Position numbers and translations under genes: made by a program | Assembly (NCBI GenBank): GCA_963771175.1 | Contig: CAVYSY010000038.1 | Location: forward strand, 224,001 to 288,000 | DNA: 64,000 nucleotides | Direction: 5' to 3' | Source of the DNA: an uncultured delta proteobacterium | GTDB lineage: Bacteria > Myxococcota > Myxococcia > Myxococcales > Myxococcaceae | Part shown: positions 30,964-43,925 of the stretch, piece by piece | Numbering within the stretch: position 1 is the stretch's first letter | Layout of the letters: every line of letters begins with the position of its first letter | Notes under the pieces: generated by a model | The model's input: only the letters and a program-made list of their open reading frames with translations | Database searches by the model: none | What the model was told of the DNA's origin: nothing

Positions 30964-33900
30964 ATGAAATCCCTTCGTCCATCCCACCACTTAAGGCTGA
31001 TAGTCCTCTTCATTACGACCGTGCTCGCGGCCGAGGCGCTGGCGCAAGGAGTCACGGGTTCGGCGGTGACCGGAACCATCATCAACCAGGAGAGCAAACC
31101 GCTCCCCGGCGTGGTGGTGCAGATGCGCAATTCAGCCACCGGGTTGACCTTCACCGCGGTGACCGGGTCGTCGGGAAACTACCTCCTCGACAACCTCCCC
31201 CCGGGAGGACCGTACCTCCTCACGGCCTCCATTGATGGCTACTACGGGCACACCCGCACCGGCATGCAGCTCGTGCTGGGTCAGCGGCTCACCCTCGACC
31301 TGCAGTTGCAGCCCTTCGAGGCGTTCGAGGAGGAGATGGTGGTCGTGGCCCAGGAGGCCGATGCGCTCCAGGACCAGGGCCGCACCGGGCCCTCGGCGAC
31401 CATGGACGCCAAGGAGATGGGCAAGCTGCCCCTCCAGGGCCGCAATTTCACCGACCTCATCGCGACCACGCCGCAGGTGAGCGGCAACGCGATGGCCGGC
31501 CAGAACAACCGCTTCAACAACATCCAGGTCGACGGCGCGGCCTACAATGACCTCTTCGGCCTGTCTTCGTCGGGCACGCCGGGCGGCAACGCCAACGCCA
31601 AGCCCATCTCCATGGAGGCCATCCAGACCTTCGTGGTGCAGGTGTCGCCGTTCGACGTCCGCTACGGCAACTTCGCGGGCGGCATGGTGAACGCCGTCAC
31701 CAAGAGCGGCACCAACGAGTTCCACGGCTCGCTCTTCGGGTACGGGCAGGACAAGGCCCTCGCCGGCAAGCAGGACGACCCGACGTTCCTCGGCTACAGC
31801 ATCTGGCAGTTCGGCGGCAGCCTCGGCGGCCCCATCGTGAAGGACAAGGCGCACTTCTTCATCGCGACCGACATCCAGGAGCGCAACTCGGCGTTCGGCA
31901 ATCAGTACCAGATCGGTGGCGTGAACCCGGAGGACGACGCGGCCCGGGCGGGCTTCACCACGGCGGAAGCCGAGCGGTTCACCAGCATCCTCGCCGACAA
32001 GTACGGCGTCACCAACGCGGGCACCGCCCTGGCCCCGCAGCTGCGCAACCCGGACCGCAACATCTTCGCGAAGATCAGCACCAGCGTCATCCCGAACAGC
32101 TACCTGGAGCTGTCGTACAACTTCGTGGGCGCCCTGCAGGACTCGCTGCTCCGCTCGCCGACCGCTCCGTCCGCGGCGACCTCTCCGACCTCGCCCGGCC
32201 GCATGCGCGACGGCTACCAGCTGACCAACGCCGGCTACGCCCAGACGACCTCCACCCATACCGCCCGGGCGAAGCTCACCTCAAGCTGGCTCGACGGCAA
32301 GCTCTCCAACGAGTTCCTGACGGGCTTCTCCATCATCCGCGACGCCCGGGATCCTTCCTCGGATCTCCCGCTGATCCTCGTCAAGGCCGGCAAGCTCGGC
32401 AATGCCGACGCGTGGCTGGCGGCGGGCTCCGAGCGCTTCTCCCAGCTCAACCAGCTGGACCAGGACATCTACCAGATCCAGGACAGCCTCACCCTGGCGC
32501 TGGGTGACCACCAGCTCACCGCCGGGACGAGCACCGAGTTCTTCAAGCTCCGCAACGCCTTCCTGCAGGCGGCGACCGGCGTCTGGACCTTCAACAGCAT
32601 GGACGACTTCGAGGCCGGACGGGCGAGTGCCTTCCAGCGTCGCTTCGGGCCCAAGGAGTATCAGGGCCTGCAGGAGCCGGGAACGGCCGCGTTCAGCGTG
32701 GCGCAGCCGAGCCTCTACCTCCAGGACAACTGGACGCCGTTCAAGGGCCTGACGCTCACGCCCGGTATCCGCGTGGACGTGCCGTTCCTGTCCAAGGCCA
32801 ACACCAATCCCGTGCTCGTGGACAACGCCGCGCTCGCCATCGACACGAGCCAGGTGCCCAGCGGCAACCCCCTCTGGTCGCCCCGCCTGGGCTTCAACTG
32901 GGACGTGGAAGGCAATGCCAACACCATCGTCCGCGGTGGCGTCGGCGTCTTCTCGGGCCGGCCGCCCTACGTGTGGGTGGCCAATGCGTACAGCATCAAC
33001 GGCCTCTCCCAGGTGGAGCTGACCTGCGCCAGGGGTCCACGGGCGACGGGCCGGTGCCGGAGTTCACCGTCGACCCCTCCAAGCAGCCCTACGACTGCCT
33101 CGGCGGGACCGAGGCGCCCTCGGCGCCCAAGAACCAGGGTGAGATCGACTACTTCGACCCGAAGACCCGGTACCCGCAGAACTTCCGCATGGCGCTCGGC
33201 GCGGACCGGCGCCTGCCCTTTGGCATCATCGCCACCGGCGACGTGCTCTACACGCGGGACATCAACGGTTGGTACACCACCGACGAGAACCTGAGCTACC
33301 AGGGCCAGAGCGGCGAGGGCCGGGCGCTGTACGGCAATCTCTCGACGAGCGGGACGGCGGCCAACACCAGCCTCCGGTCCACGCCCAGCCGCCTCGATGC
33401 GACCAACCTCGTCCAGGCCGTCAAGGTGTTCAACAAGAACGGCGGACAGGTCTTCAACGCGACCCTCCAGCTGCAGAAGGAGATCCGCGACCTCCTGGAT
33501 GTCAGCGTGGCCTACAGCTTCACCAACGCTCGGGACCTCATCTCGCTCACGAGCTCCCAGGCCCTGTCGAACTTCCAGTTCTCGCCCGTGGACGGAGACC
33601 TCGCCAACCGCAACCTCCGGCCGTCGGCGTTCGACCGCACCCACCGCGTCACCGTCACCGCCAGCGGGTCGCTGCCCTACGGCTTCAACGCGGGCGTCAT
33701 CTACACGGGCCAGTCGGGTCTGCCCTACACCTGGACCGTCAACGGTGACGTCAACGCGGACGGCATCAGCGGCAACGACGTGCCGTTCATCCCGGCGGAT
33801 GCCAGCCAGATCTCCATGCGGGACCCCACGCAGTACGAGGCCCTGAACAAGTTCATCGACAGCCAGTCCTGCCTGCGGGATGCCAAGGGCCGGTTGATGC

Positions 33901-34226
33901 AGCGCGGCGAGTGCCGCAACCCGTGGCAGAACTTCCTCAACCTGCGCCTCGGCTGGACTTCGCCTGAGTTCGTCAAGGGCCAGCGGCTGGAGCTGCAGGC
34001 GGACATCTTCAACGTCCTGAACCTGCTCAACCCCGAGTGGGGCCTCTTCCAGCAGGACGCGCAGTTCGAGACCCACGGCTCGCAGTTCCTGCGCGCGGTG
34101 GGCTACGACACGGACAACAACCGCCCGATCTACACCTTCTCCGAGCCCAAGGCGGTGACGAACACGGTGTACAGCCCCACCCTCTCCCGGTGGCGGATGC
34201 AGCTCGGCGCGCGGTACGTCTTCTAA
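30964..34226 (+). CDS. TonB-dependent receptor, Oar-like (frameshift near 33030)
   Basis: Signal peptide, carboxypeptidase-regulatory-like N domain, NAVTKSGTNEFHGS, C-terminal QLGARYVF. Confidence 0.9.
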
Positions 34227-34256
34227 GTGCGCCAGAGCCAGACACGGTTGAGCCCG

Positions 34257-34295
34257 GGGCCCTCCGCGAGCAATCGCGGGGGGCCCTTGGTTTTT
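34257..34295 (+). terminator. Intrinsic terminator
   Basis: GGGCCCTCCGCGA-GCAA-TCGCGGGGGGCCC followed by TTGGTTTTT after the receptor stop. Confidence 0.75.
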
Positions 34296-34308
34296 ATACG
34301 GTGCTCCC

Positions 34309-35538
34309 ATGTTCCTCCCGCGCTCACGCCTCCTGCTCGTCCCCCTCCTCCTGTCCCTCGCCTGCGCCGCGCCGGCCACGGCGGTGCGCGCCCCCGCCGG
34401 GCCGCCCGACCTGGAGCTGGTGGAGAGCAGCCCGGTGGAGACGACGCTGGACCACCCGGAGATTCCCGACGCCCGGGACGTGTGGCCCGAGATGGTGAAC
34501 GGGGCCACGCGGACGCTGGACGTGGCGCAGTTCTACGTGAGCAACGCGCCGGGCAGCCGGCTGGAGCCGGTGATTCAAGCCATCGAGGCGGCGGCGGACC
34601 GGGGCGTGAAGGTGCGGCTGCTCGCCGAGGAGAAGTTCTACAAGACGTACCCGGAGACGCTGGAGCGGCTGGCGCAGCGGCCCGACATCGAGGTGCGCCG
34701 GCTGGACACGGCGAGGTCCATGGGTGGCGTGCTGCACGCCAAGTACTTCGTGGTGGACGGGCGAGAGGCGTTCCTGGGGAGCCAGAACTTCGACTGGCGC
34801 TCGCTGGAGCACATCCAGGAGCTCGGGCTGCGCATCCGCGTGCCCGAGGTGGTGCGCTCGCTCGCGGACGTCTTCGAGCGGGACTGGGCCCTGGCGGTGG
34901 GCGGTACGGCGCCGGCCACCGCGGCGGTGGGCGACCCGTTCCCGGCGCGCTTCGCGGGAGGCACGGTGCGGGTGACGCCGGCGCACAGCCCCGAGGGCTA
35001 CCTGCCGGACCCGGGCACGTGGGACCTGCCCAAGCTGGTGAAGCTCATCGACGGGGCGAAGCGCTCGGTGCGGGTGCAGCTCCTCACGTACAAGGCGAAG
35101 GCGCGAGACGGGAGCCCCTTCCCCGAGCTGGACGAGGCGCTGAAGCGGGCCGCGGCGCGCGGGGTGAAGGTGGAGCTGCTGCTGGCGGACTGGAGCAAGC
35201 GCAAGGGCACCATCGAGGGACTGCAGGCGATGCACGCGCCGCCGGGGCTGACGGTGAAGCTCGTCACCATTCCCCAGGGCTCGGCCGGGTTCATCCCGTT
35301 CGCGCGCGTGGTGCACGCGAAGTACATGGTGGTGGACGGCGAGCGAGCGTGGCTCGGCACGAGCAACTGGGAGCGCGACTACTTCACGCAGAGCCGCAAC
35401 GTGGGCGTCATCGTGGAGGGAGAGGCCTTCGCCAGCCAGCTCGAGCGCTTCTTCGCCGATGGCTGGTCGAGCCCCTACGCCGTCGAGGTGGACCCGAAGG
35501 CCACCTACACGGCCCCGAACATCAGCGGCACGCCGTAG
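34309..35538 (+). CDS. Phospholipase D family lipoprotein
   Basis: Two HKD motifs (HAKYFVVD, HAKYMVVD); lipobox LAC. Confidence 0.9.
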   Translation: MFLPRSRLLLVPLLLSLACAAPATAVRAPAGPPDLELVESSPVETTLDHPEIPDARDVWPEMVNGATRTLDVAQFYVSNAPGSRLEPVIQAIEAAADRGVKVRLLAEEKFYKTYPETLERLAQRPDIEVRRLDTARSMGGVLHAKYFVVDGREAFLGSQNFDWRSLEHIQELGLRIRVPEVVRSLADVFERDWALAVGGTAPATAAVGDPFPARFAGGTVRVTPAHSPEGYLPDPGTWDLPKLVKLIDGAKRSVRVQLLTYKAKARDGSPFPELDEALKRAAARGVKVELLLADWSKRKGTIEGLQAMHAPPGLTVKLVTIPQGSAGFIPFARVVHAKYMVVDGERAWLGTSNWERDYFTQSRNVGVIVEGEAFASQLERFFADGWSSPYAVEVDPKATYTAPNISGTP

Positions 35539-35547
35539 GCCAGCGGC

Positions 35548-36204
35548 TCAAATCCGCGAAGCGCCGACGGGCAGGTTCCGCAGGCGCTCCAGCTCCTCGC
35601 GGGTGAGGGGGTCCTCCCCGCGCAGGAATCGCTCCAGGTGGCCCAGGGAGTCGACGCCGAAGAAGAGCTCCCCGTCGGCCACCACGGTGGGCACGCCGAA
35701 GCCCTGCAGCGCGAGCAGCTCCTCCGTGTTTCGGCGCACCTGGTCCTTCACGGCTGGCGTCCCCGCCGCCGCGAGCAGCGCCCGCGCATCGAGTCCCACC
35801 GCCTCCACCACCGCACCCACGCGCTCGGGCTCCATCAGCCCTCCACCCCCGGCCCACGCCGCCGCGTAGAGCGCGGAGACGAGCCGGCGCCGGGCCTCCG
35901 CATCCTGCACGGCGGCCGTTACCCGGAGCGCGAGCAGCGGGTTGAAGGGGTGCGCCGCGGGCATGACGAAGGGCACGCCGAGCTCGTGGGCGAGCCGCGT
36001 CGTGTGCTTGTAGATGTAGAAGCGTTTGCTCGGGACCTCCGCGGGCCCCATCGTGCCGAGCGCGTTGAGCACGCCCGCGAAGAGGACCGGCACGAGCTCC
36101 ACCGCTCGGCCGTGACGCTCGGCCAGCGCCGGGAGCTGCGTCCACGCGAGATACGAATACGGCGAGACGTAGTCGAAAAAGAAGCGGAGAGGAGCGCGGT
36201 TCAT
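35548..36204 (-). CDS. 2-hydroxychromene-2-carboxylate isomerase / DsbA family
   Basis: FFFDYVSPYSYLAW, HPFNPL, GFGVPT, FFGVD. Confidence 0.88.
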   Translation of the reverse strand: MNRAPLRFFFDYVSPYSYLAWTQLPALAERHGRAVELVPVLFAGVLNALGTMGPAEVPSKRFYIYKHTTRLAHELGVPFVMPAAHPFNPLLALRVTAAVQDAEARRRLVSALYAAAWAGGGGLMEPERVGAVVEAVGLDARALLAAAGTPAVKDQVRRNTEELLALQGFGVPTVVADGELFFGVDSLGHLERFLRGEDPLTREELERLRNLPVGASRI

Positions 36205-36305
36205 GACACGGACTCTACGTCCCTCCGGCCTCCAGGGAGCCCAGCTGTGTGACCGCCAACGCAGGGTCCGCGCCATCGTGGCCAACTCGCCCGTGAACCG
36301 ACAAG

Positions 36306-37727
36306 GTGGCGCGCATGCTCCAGGCCACGGACACCGTCGACTACGCGAGTGCTCGGGGTCGCGGCGTGCTGCTCGCGAGCGTGCTCGGCAGCAGCATGGC
36401 ATTCATCGACACCACCGCCGTCAACGTGGCCCTCCATGTGCTCGGCGAGGAGCTCGGCACCGGGCTGTCCGGCCTGCAATGGACCGTGGATGCCTACCTC
36501 CTGACCCTGGGTGCCCTCGTCCTCACCGGCGGAGCACTCGGGGATGCCTTCGGCCAGCGGCGCATCTTCCTCGTCGGGCTCGGTGCCTTCGCGGTGACGT
36601 CCGTGCTCTGTGGCCTCGCGACCAGCGTGGGACTCCTCGCCGCCGCACGCGCCGCCCAGGGCCTCGGCGCAGCGCTCCTCGTCCCCACCAGCCTCGCCCT
36701 GCTGCGCACCTGCTTCTCCGAGCAGGACCGGGGCCGCGCCGTCGCCGCCTGGGCCGGCCTCTCCGGTGTCAGCACCGCCGTGGGCCCGCTCCTGGGGGGA
36801 TGGCTCATCGACGTCTGGTCCTGGCGCGCCGTCTTCTTCCTCAACCTCCCCATCGCCGTGTTCGCCGCCTGGGCTGGCCGCCGCTTCGTCCCCGCCATCG
36901 CCCCCGCTCGTTCCGCACGAGAGCTCGATTACGGAGGCGCTCTCAGTGCCACGCTCGGGCTCGGTGGCCTCGTCTTCGCGCTCATCGAGGGCCCCTCGCA
37001 TGGGTGGTCCGCCGCGGCCCTCCTCGCGGGCATCGGTGGGCTCGTCTCGCTCGGGCTCTTCGTCCTGCTCCAGGCTCGGGGCAGGCACCCCATGCTGCCC
37101 CTCGACATCTTCCGCTCCCGCTCCTTCGTCGGCGCCAACGTCACCACCCTCGCCGTCTACTTCGCGCTCGGCGGGGCCACCTTCTTCATCGTGCTCGCGC
37201 TCCAGCAGGAGGTGGGCTACTCGCCCCTGGCCGCCGGCGCCTCGCTGCTCCCCATCACGGTGTTGCTGCTCGTGCTCTCCCCCTCCGTGGGCGGGGTCAC
37301 CCAGCGGATTGGCGCGCGCATCCCCATGGTCGTCGGCCCGCTCGTCTGCGCCGCCGGGCTCGCCCTGTTCACCCTCATCGAGCGCGGTGGCTCCTATGCG
37401 GGCTCGGTGCTCCCCGGCGCGGTGGCACTCGGGCTCGGGCTTGCCGTCACCGTGGGGCCGCTCACCGCCACCGTGCTCGACAGCGTCGCGGGCCAGTACG
37501 CGGGCATCGCCTCGGGGTTCAACAACGCCGTGGCTCGCATCGCCGGGTTGCTCGCCGTGGCCCTGCTGCCCGCGCTGAGTGGCCTCGTGGGTCGCTCCGG
37601 CACGGACTTCCTCGCGGGCGTCCACCGCGCCTTGTGGATCTCCGCTGGGCTGTGTGTCGTGGGTGCCGTCTGTTCCTGGGTGTTCATCCCAGGTGGGAAG
37701 AAAGCGGGCGGGGCCAAGGCGGGGTGA
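36306..37727 (+). CDS. MFS drug:H+ antiporter (DHA2)
   Basis: FIDTTAVNVAL, GGALGDAFGQRR, VGPLLGGWL, WRAVFFLNLPI. Confidence 0.9.
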   Translation: MARMLQATDTVDYASARGRGVLLASVLGSSMAFIDTTAVNVALHVLGEELGTGLSGLQWTVDAYLLTLGALVLTGGALGDAFGQRRIFLVGLGAFAVTSVLCGLATSVGLLAAARAAQGLGAALLVPTSLALLRTCFSEQDRGRAVAAWAGLSGVSTAVGPLLGGWLIDVWSWRAVFFLNLPIAVFAAWAGRRFVPAIAPARSARELDYGGALSATLGLGGLVFALIEGPSHGWSAAALLAGIGGLVSLGLFVLLQARGRHPMLPLDIFRSRSFVGANVTTLAVYFALGGATFFIVLALQQEVGYSPLAAGASLLPITVLLLVLSPSVGGVTQRIGARIPMVVGPLVCAAGLALFTLIERGGSYAGSVLPGAVALGLGLAVTVGPLTATVLDSVAGQYAGIASGFNNAVARIAGLLAVALLPALSGLVGRSGTDFLAGVHRALWISAGLCVVGAVCSWVFIPGGKKAGGAKAG

Positions 37728-37744
37728 GCAAGGTCAGGACAAGC

Positions 37745-38245
37745 TCAGGAGCCACGGCCGTCAAGCAGCCGCTTCACATGAGGCCAGAGTTCACCATGCT
37801 TGCTCGGAGACCACTTCGCGAAGTCTTCGAGCAAGAACCAGGCGGTTCCCGGGGAATCGCTGGAGCGTGCAGGCGCGAGGTAGGCCATTTCGATTGCTGC
37901 ATCATCGTGGGCGTTGATGGACCTCACCCGTTGGAGCAGGAAGTCGTAGCGTTCCTTGTGGCGCGAGGTGCTCCTGATCTTCTCGATGTCTTCGAGGAGT
38001 TCCTTCATCTTGCGGCCACTTGCCCGCCTGTAGATCTCCTCCTGCTCCTTTCGGAACGACTCTTTCGCTGTCTTCAGTTCGAGAAGAATCCAGGCCGGCT
38101 TCGGCCCCTCGCGATAGAGCAGGTAATCCGCATTGGTGCTCAGGTTGCTGTCCTCCTTCTTCAGGGGGAACTCGGGCGCCACTGCTCGTTGTGCACCAGC
38201 CAGTTCCGGCACCACTACCGCTGTTGCTCCAGGCTCGTGCAACAT
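37745..38245 (-). CDS. Hypothetical protein, possible PD-(D/E)XK fold
   Basis: ADYLL...ILLELKT motif; start uncertain. Confidence 0.5.
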   Translation of the reverse strand: MLHEPGATAVVVPELAGAQRAVAPEFPLKKEDSNLSTNADYLLYREGPKPAWILLELKTAKESFRKEQEEIYRRASGRKMKELLEDIEKIRSTSRHKERYDFLLQRVRSINAHDDAAIEMAYLAPARSSDSPGTAWFLLEDFAKWSPSKHGELWPHVKRLLDGRGS

Positions 38246-38303
38246 TCCAGGGTGCCCAACTCCCGGAGTAAGTTACTCAGCTCATCTTGAGGGAGAGGCA
38301 GTC

Positions 38304-39071
38304 ATGGGCGACACACCTTCATGGAGCGGCGGCAGGCTGGGGCCGTACCGCCTGGGCAGGCGTTACTGGGACCTCGGCGCGGACCTGGGGCGGCTCCACG
38401 AGGCGCACAACCTCGAGACGGGGGCCTTCGCCGTGGTGCTGGCTCCGGGGGAAGAGACGTGGCGCCCGCGCACGGCCTGGACGGTGCGCGTCACGAGTGG
38501 GGTGTCGCCCCCGCTCGTCACCGTGGAGCTGGAGCACGCGCCGGATGCGGAGGCTCCCGCCTTCCACGAGCTGCCGCTGATGTTCGACCTGCTCACGGGC
38601 ACGATGGGGAACCTCCGCACCCAGGACCGGGCGGACGTGCTTGCCCACCTCACCCGGCAGCCCCGGGGCGCGTGGCCGGGGCGACTGCTCGCACGTTGGC
38701 CCTGGCTGCTCGCGGGAGCCGGAGCCGCCGTGGCCGCGGGGCTCGCGCTGACACTGTGGTCACGTCCGCCCGAGCCCGCGGAGGTGAAGCAGTCCCTGGA
38801 GGTGACCGAGGCCGCGCGCGACGAGCCCATCGTCTTCTCCGACGGGCAGGACAGCACGCCGCAGATCATCGGCTACCCCATGCCGGATGCACCCTTCAAG
38901 CAACAGCGGAGGCCGCCGTGCCTCAAGGGAACCGAGGTGGAGATTCGCGGTGGCTGCTGGGTCCCCCTCGAATACCGCCCCCCCTGTCCCAGGAGCACGG
39001 CCGAGTACGAGGGCAAGTGCTACATCCCCGTCGGGAAGAAGGACCCACCGCCAACCTCACTCCAGCCCTGA
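38304..39071 (+). CDS. Membrane protein with myxobacterial kinase-like Cys-rich C-terminus
   Basis: LGPYRLG start, one TM segment, QRRPPC...EIRGGCW...CP....EYEGKCY. Confidence 0.65.
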   Translation: MGDTPSWSGGRLGPYRLGRRYWDLGADLGRLHEAHNLETGAFAVVLAPGEETWRPRTAWTVRVTSGVSPPLVTVELEHAPDAEAPAFHELPLMFDLLTGTMGNLRTQDRADVLAHLTRQPRGAWPGRLLARWPWLLAGAGAAVAAGLALTLWSRPPEPAEVKQSLEVTEAARDEPIVFSDGQDSTPQIIGYPMPDAPFKQQRRPPCLKGTEVEIRGGCWVPLEYRPPCPRSTAEYEGKCYIPVGKKDPPPTSLQP

Positions 39072-39086
39072 GCCCAAGGACACCTC

Positions 39087-40028
39087 GTGCGCCCGACCCG
39101 ATTGTTGCTCGCCCTGCTCGCGCTTCTCGGCACCGCTTGTGCCACCACCGCGAAGCAGGTTCCCGCCTCCGCTCCACAGTCCGCCGCCGTGGCGGAGCAG
39201 CGCGCCTTCCTCTGGGAGGTGACGCGCCCTGGCACTCCGGACAAGGTGCTCTACCTCACCGGCTCGATCCACATGGGCCAGCCCGGCCAGTTCGCCTTCC
39301 CTCCTTCCATGGAAGCCGCGTTCGCCCGCTCTCAGGCGCTGGTGGTGGAGTTGGATCCGAGCACGGTGGCCCCGCAGAAGGCACAGCAACTGGTGATGCT
39401 CATGGGCCTCTACACCCCGCCCGATGGCCTGAGCGCGCACCTGAGCCCCGAGACACGGGCGCTCCTGCCCGAGGCGCTCCAGCGTGTGGGACTCCCCCCG
39501 GAGGCCGTCGAGCGCATGCAGCCCTGGCTGGTGTACATGACGCTCTCCGTGCTGGAGCTGCAGCGGATCGGATACTCGGAGGCGGGCGGCGTCGACCGGC
39601 TGCTGTTGACCCGGGCGCGAGGCAGCAACAAGGCCATCGTGGAGTTGGAGACGATCGAAGGCCAGATGCGGATGCTCGCCAGCTTCTCCGACGAGGTGCA
39701 GGAGCTCATGCTGAGGGATCAGCTCCAGGCCTCCGCCCTGATGGCGGTCCACATGGCGCGCATGACCACCGCATGGGAGAGCGGAAACCCCGAGGCGCTG
39801 AGCCAGCTCCTCTTCGAGAAGAAGGATGATCCCGCCTACCGCCCCTTCTACGAGGGCCTCTTCTTCACCCGCAACCGGCAGATGGCGGACAAGCTCGTCG
39901 CGCTGTTCGACAAGCCGGAGACCCACTTCGTCGTAGTGGGCGCCGGCCACGTCGTGGGCGAGCAGGGCCTCCTCGACCTCCTGGCCCGCAAAGGCTTCCA
40001 GGTGCGCCAGCTCCCCCGCGAGCCCTGA
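39087..40028 (+). CDS. TraB/GumN family lipoprotein
   Basis: YLTGSIH, LETIEGQ, RNRQM, VVVGAGHVVG. Confidence 0.9.
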   Translation: MRPTRLLLALLALLGTACATTAKQVPASAPQSAAVAEQRAFLWEVTRPGTPDKVLYLTGSIHMGQPGQFAFPPSMEAAFARSQALVVELDPSTVAPQKAQQLVMLMGLYTPPDGLSAHLSPETRALLPEALQRVGLPPEAVERMQPWLVYMTLSVLELQRIGYSEAGGVDRLLLTRARGSNKAIVELETIEGQMRMLASFSDEVQELMLRDQLQASALMAVHMARMTTAWESGNPEALSQLLFEKKDDPAYRPFYEGLFFTRNRQMADKLVALFDKPETHFVVVGAGHVVGEQGLLDLLARKGFQVRQLPREP

Positions 40029-40040
40029 GACGGCGGGGGC

Positions 40041-41396
<1,356 letters not shown>

Positions 41397-41596
41397 GCCT
41401 TCACCTCGCTCGCGTCCGGCCCGGCCCGGGCGCCTCATGGGCGCCTCGACGCTCCTCCAGTCATACCCTCGGAGCAAACACGAGACCCGGCCGTGCCCGT
41501 GCCCGGCCACGCGTCGTCCCCACCAGCGCGCAGGACGGCTTCGGTGCTCGTCCGCCCGGCGAAGTAGCCGGCGCACTTCACGGCCGAGCAGTCCCG

Positions 41597-41633
41597 AGGC
41601 CGGTCCCATTCACGGGGCCGGCCTTTTCGTTTT
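41597..41633 (+). terminator. Intrinsic terminator with no obvious upstream plus-strand CDS
   Basis: AGGCCGGTCCC-ATTCAC-GGGGCCGGCCT followed by TTTCGTTTT. Confidence 0.65.
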
Positions 41634-41802
41634 CCAGAAGCACGGGCATTTGACGGAGGCACCGCATGTTCCGGAAGACGCGTGGTGACAATCCAACGCT
41701 CAGGCGCGTTTCCCCTTTCATGACGCGGAGCGGCACCTGCCTATCGTCGGCGCCCTCTCCCCTGCCGTTGTCAATCAACCCAAATCCACCGTCGAGGTCC
41801 GA

Positions 41803-43331
<1,529 letters not shown>

Positions 43332-43353
43332 GCCAGGAGTCGAGGGTCCTGAA

Positions 43354-43746
43354 ATGGCCATCGAGCGCGTTGCCGTCACCCCCGCCGCCGAGGCCCTGCT
43401 GCGCAAGCTGCAGGGCCTCCACGGCCCCCTGATGTTCCATCAATCGGGAGGGTGCTGCGACGGCAGCGCGCCCATGTGCTTTCCGAGGGGCGAGTTCAAG
43501 GTGGGCCAGGAGGACGTGTTCCTCGGCACCATCGTGGACACGCCCTTCTACATCAGCGGTCCTCAGTTCGAGTACTGGCAGCACACGCACCTGACGGTGG
43601 ACGTGGTGAAGGGGCGCGGCAGCGGCTTCTCGGCCGAGGCCCCCGAGGGCGTGCGCTTCCTCATCCGCTCGCGCGTCTTCACCGACGACGAGTACCACGC
43701 CCTCCAGAAGGAAGGCCCACCTCCACGAGGGCCCCAGCACGGCTGA
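43354..43746 (+). CDS. DUF779 family protein
   Basis: HGPLMFHQSGGCCDGSAPMC; usual neighbour of AldB. Confidence 0.9.
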   Translation: MAIERVAVTPAAEALLRKLQGLHGPLMFHQSGGCCDGSAPMCFPRGEFKVGQEDVFLGTIVDTPFYISGPQFEYWQHTHLTVDVVKGRGSGFSAEAPEGVRFLIRSRVFTDDEYHALQKEGPPPRGPQHG

Positions 43747-43754
43747 GAGGAGGG

Positions 43755-43925
43755 GGTCATGCGGTCCACGAGCGCGGGGAGAAGGGGCGATATGGAGACC
43801 TCATCGCCGTCTCCGGAGACCCGCTGGCCGATGTGACCGAGCTCCAGCGGGTGCGCTTCGTCATGAAGGGCGGAGCCGTCGTGCGCAACGACCTCCCCGC
43901 CCCGCCGCGCGCTCAGAGCTTGTAG
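43755..43925 (+). pseudogene. Amidohydrolase C-terminal remnant
   Basis: GRYGDLIAVSGDPLADVTELQRVRFVMKGG. Confidence 0.6.
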
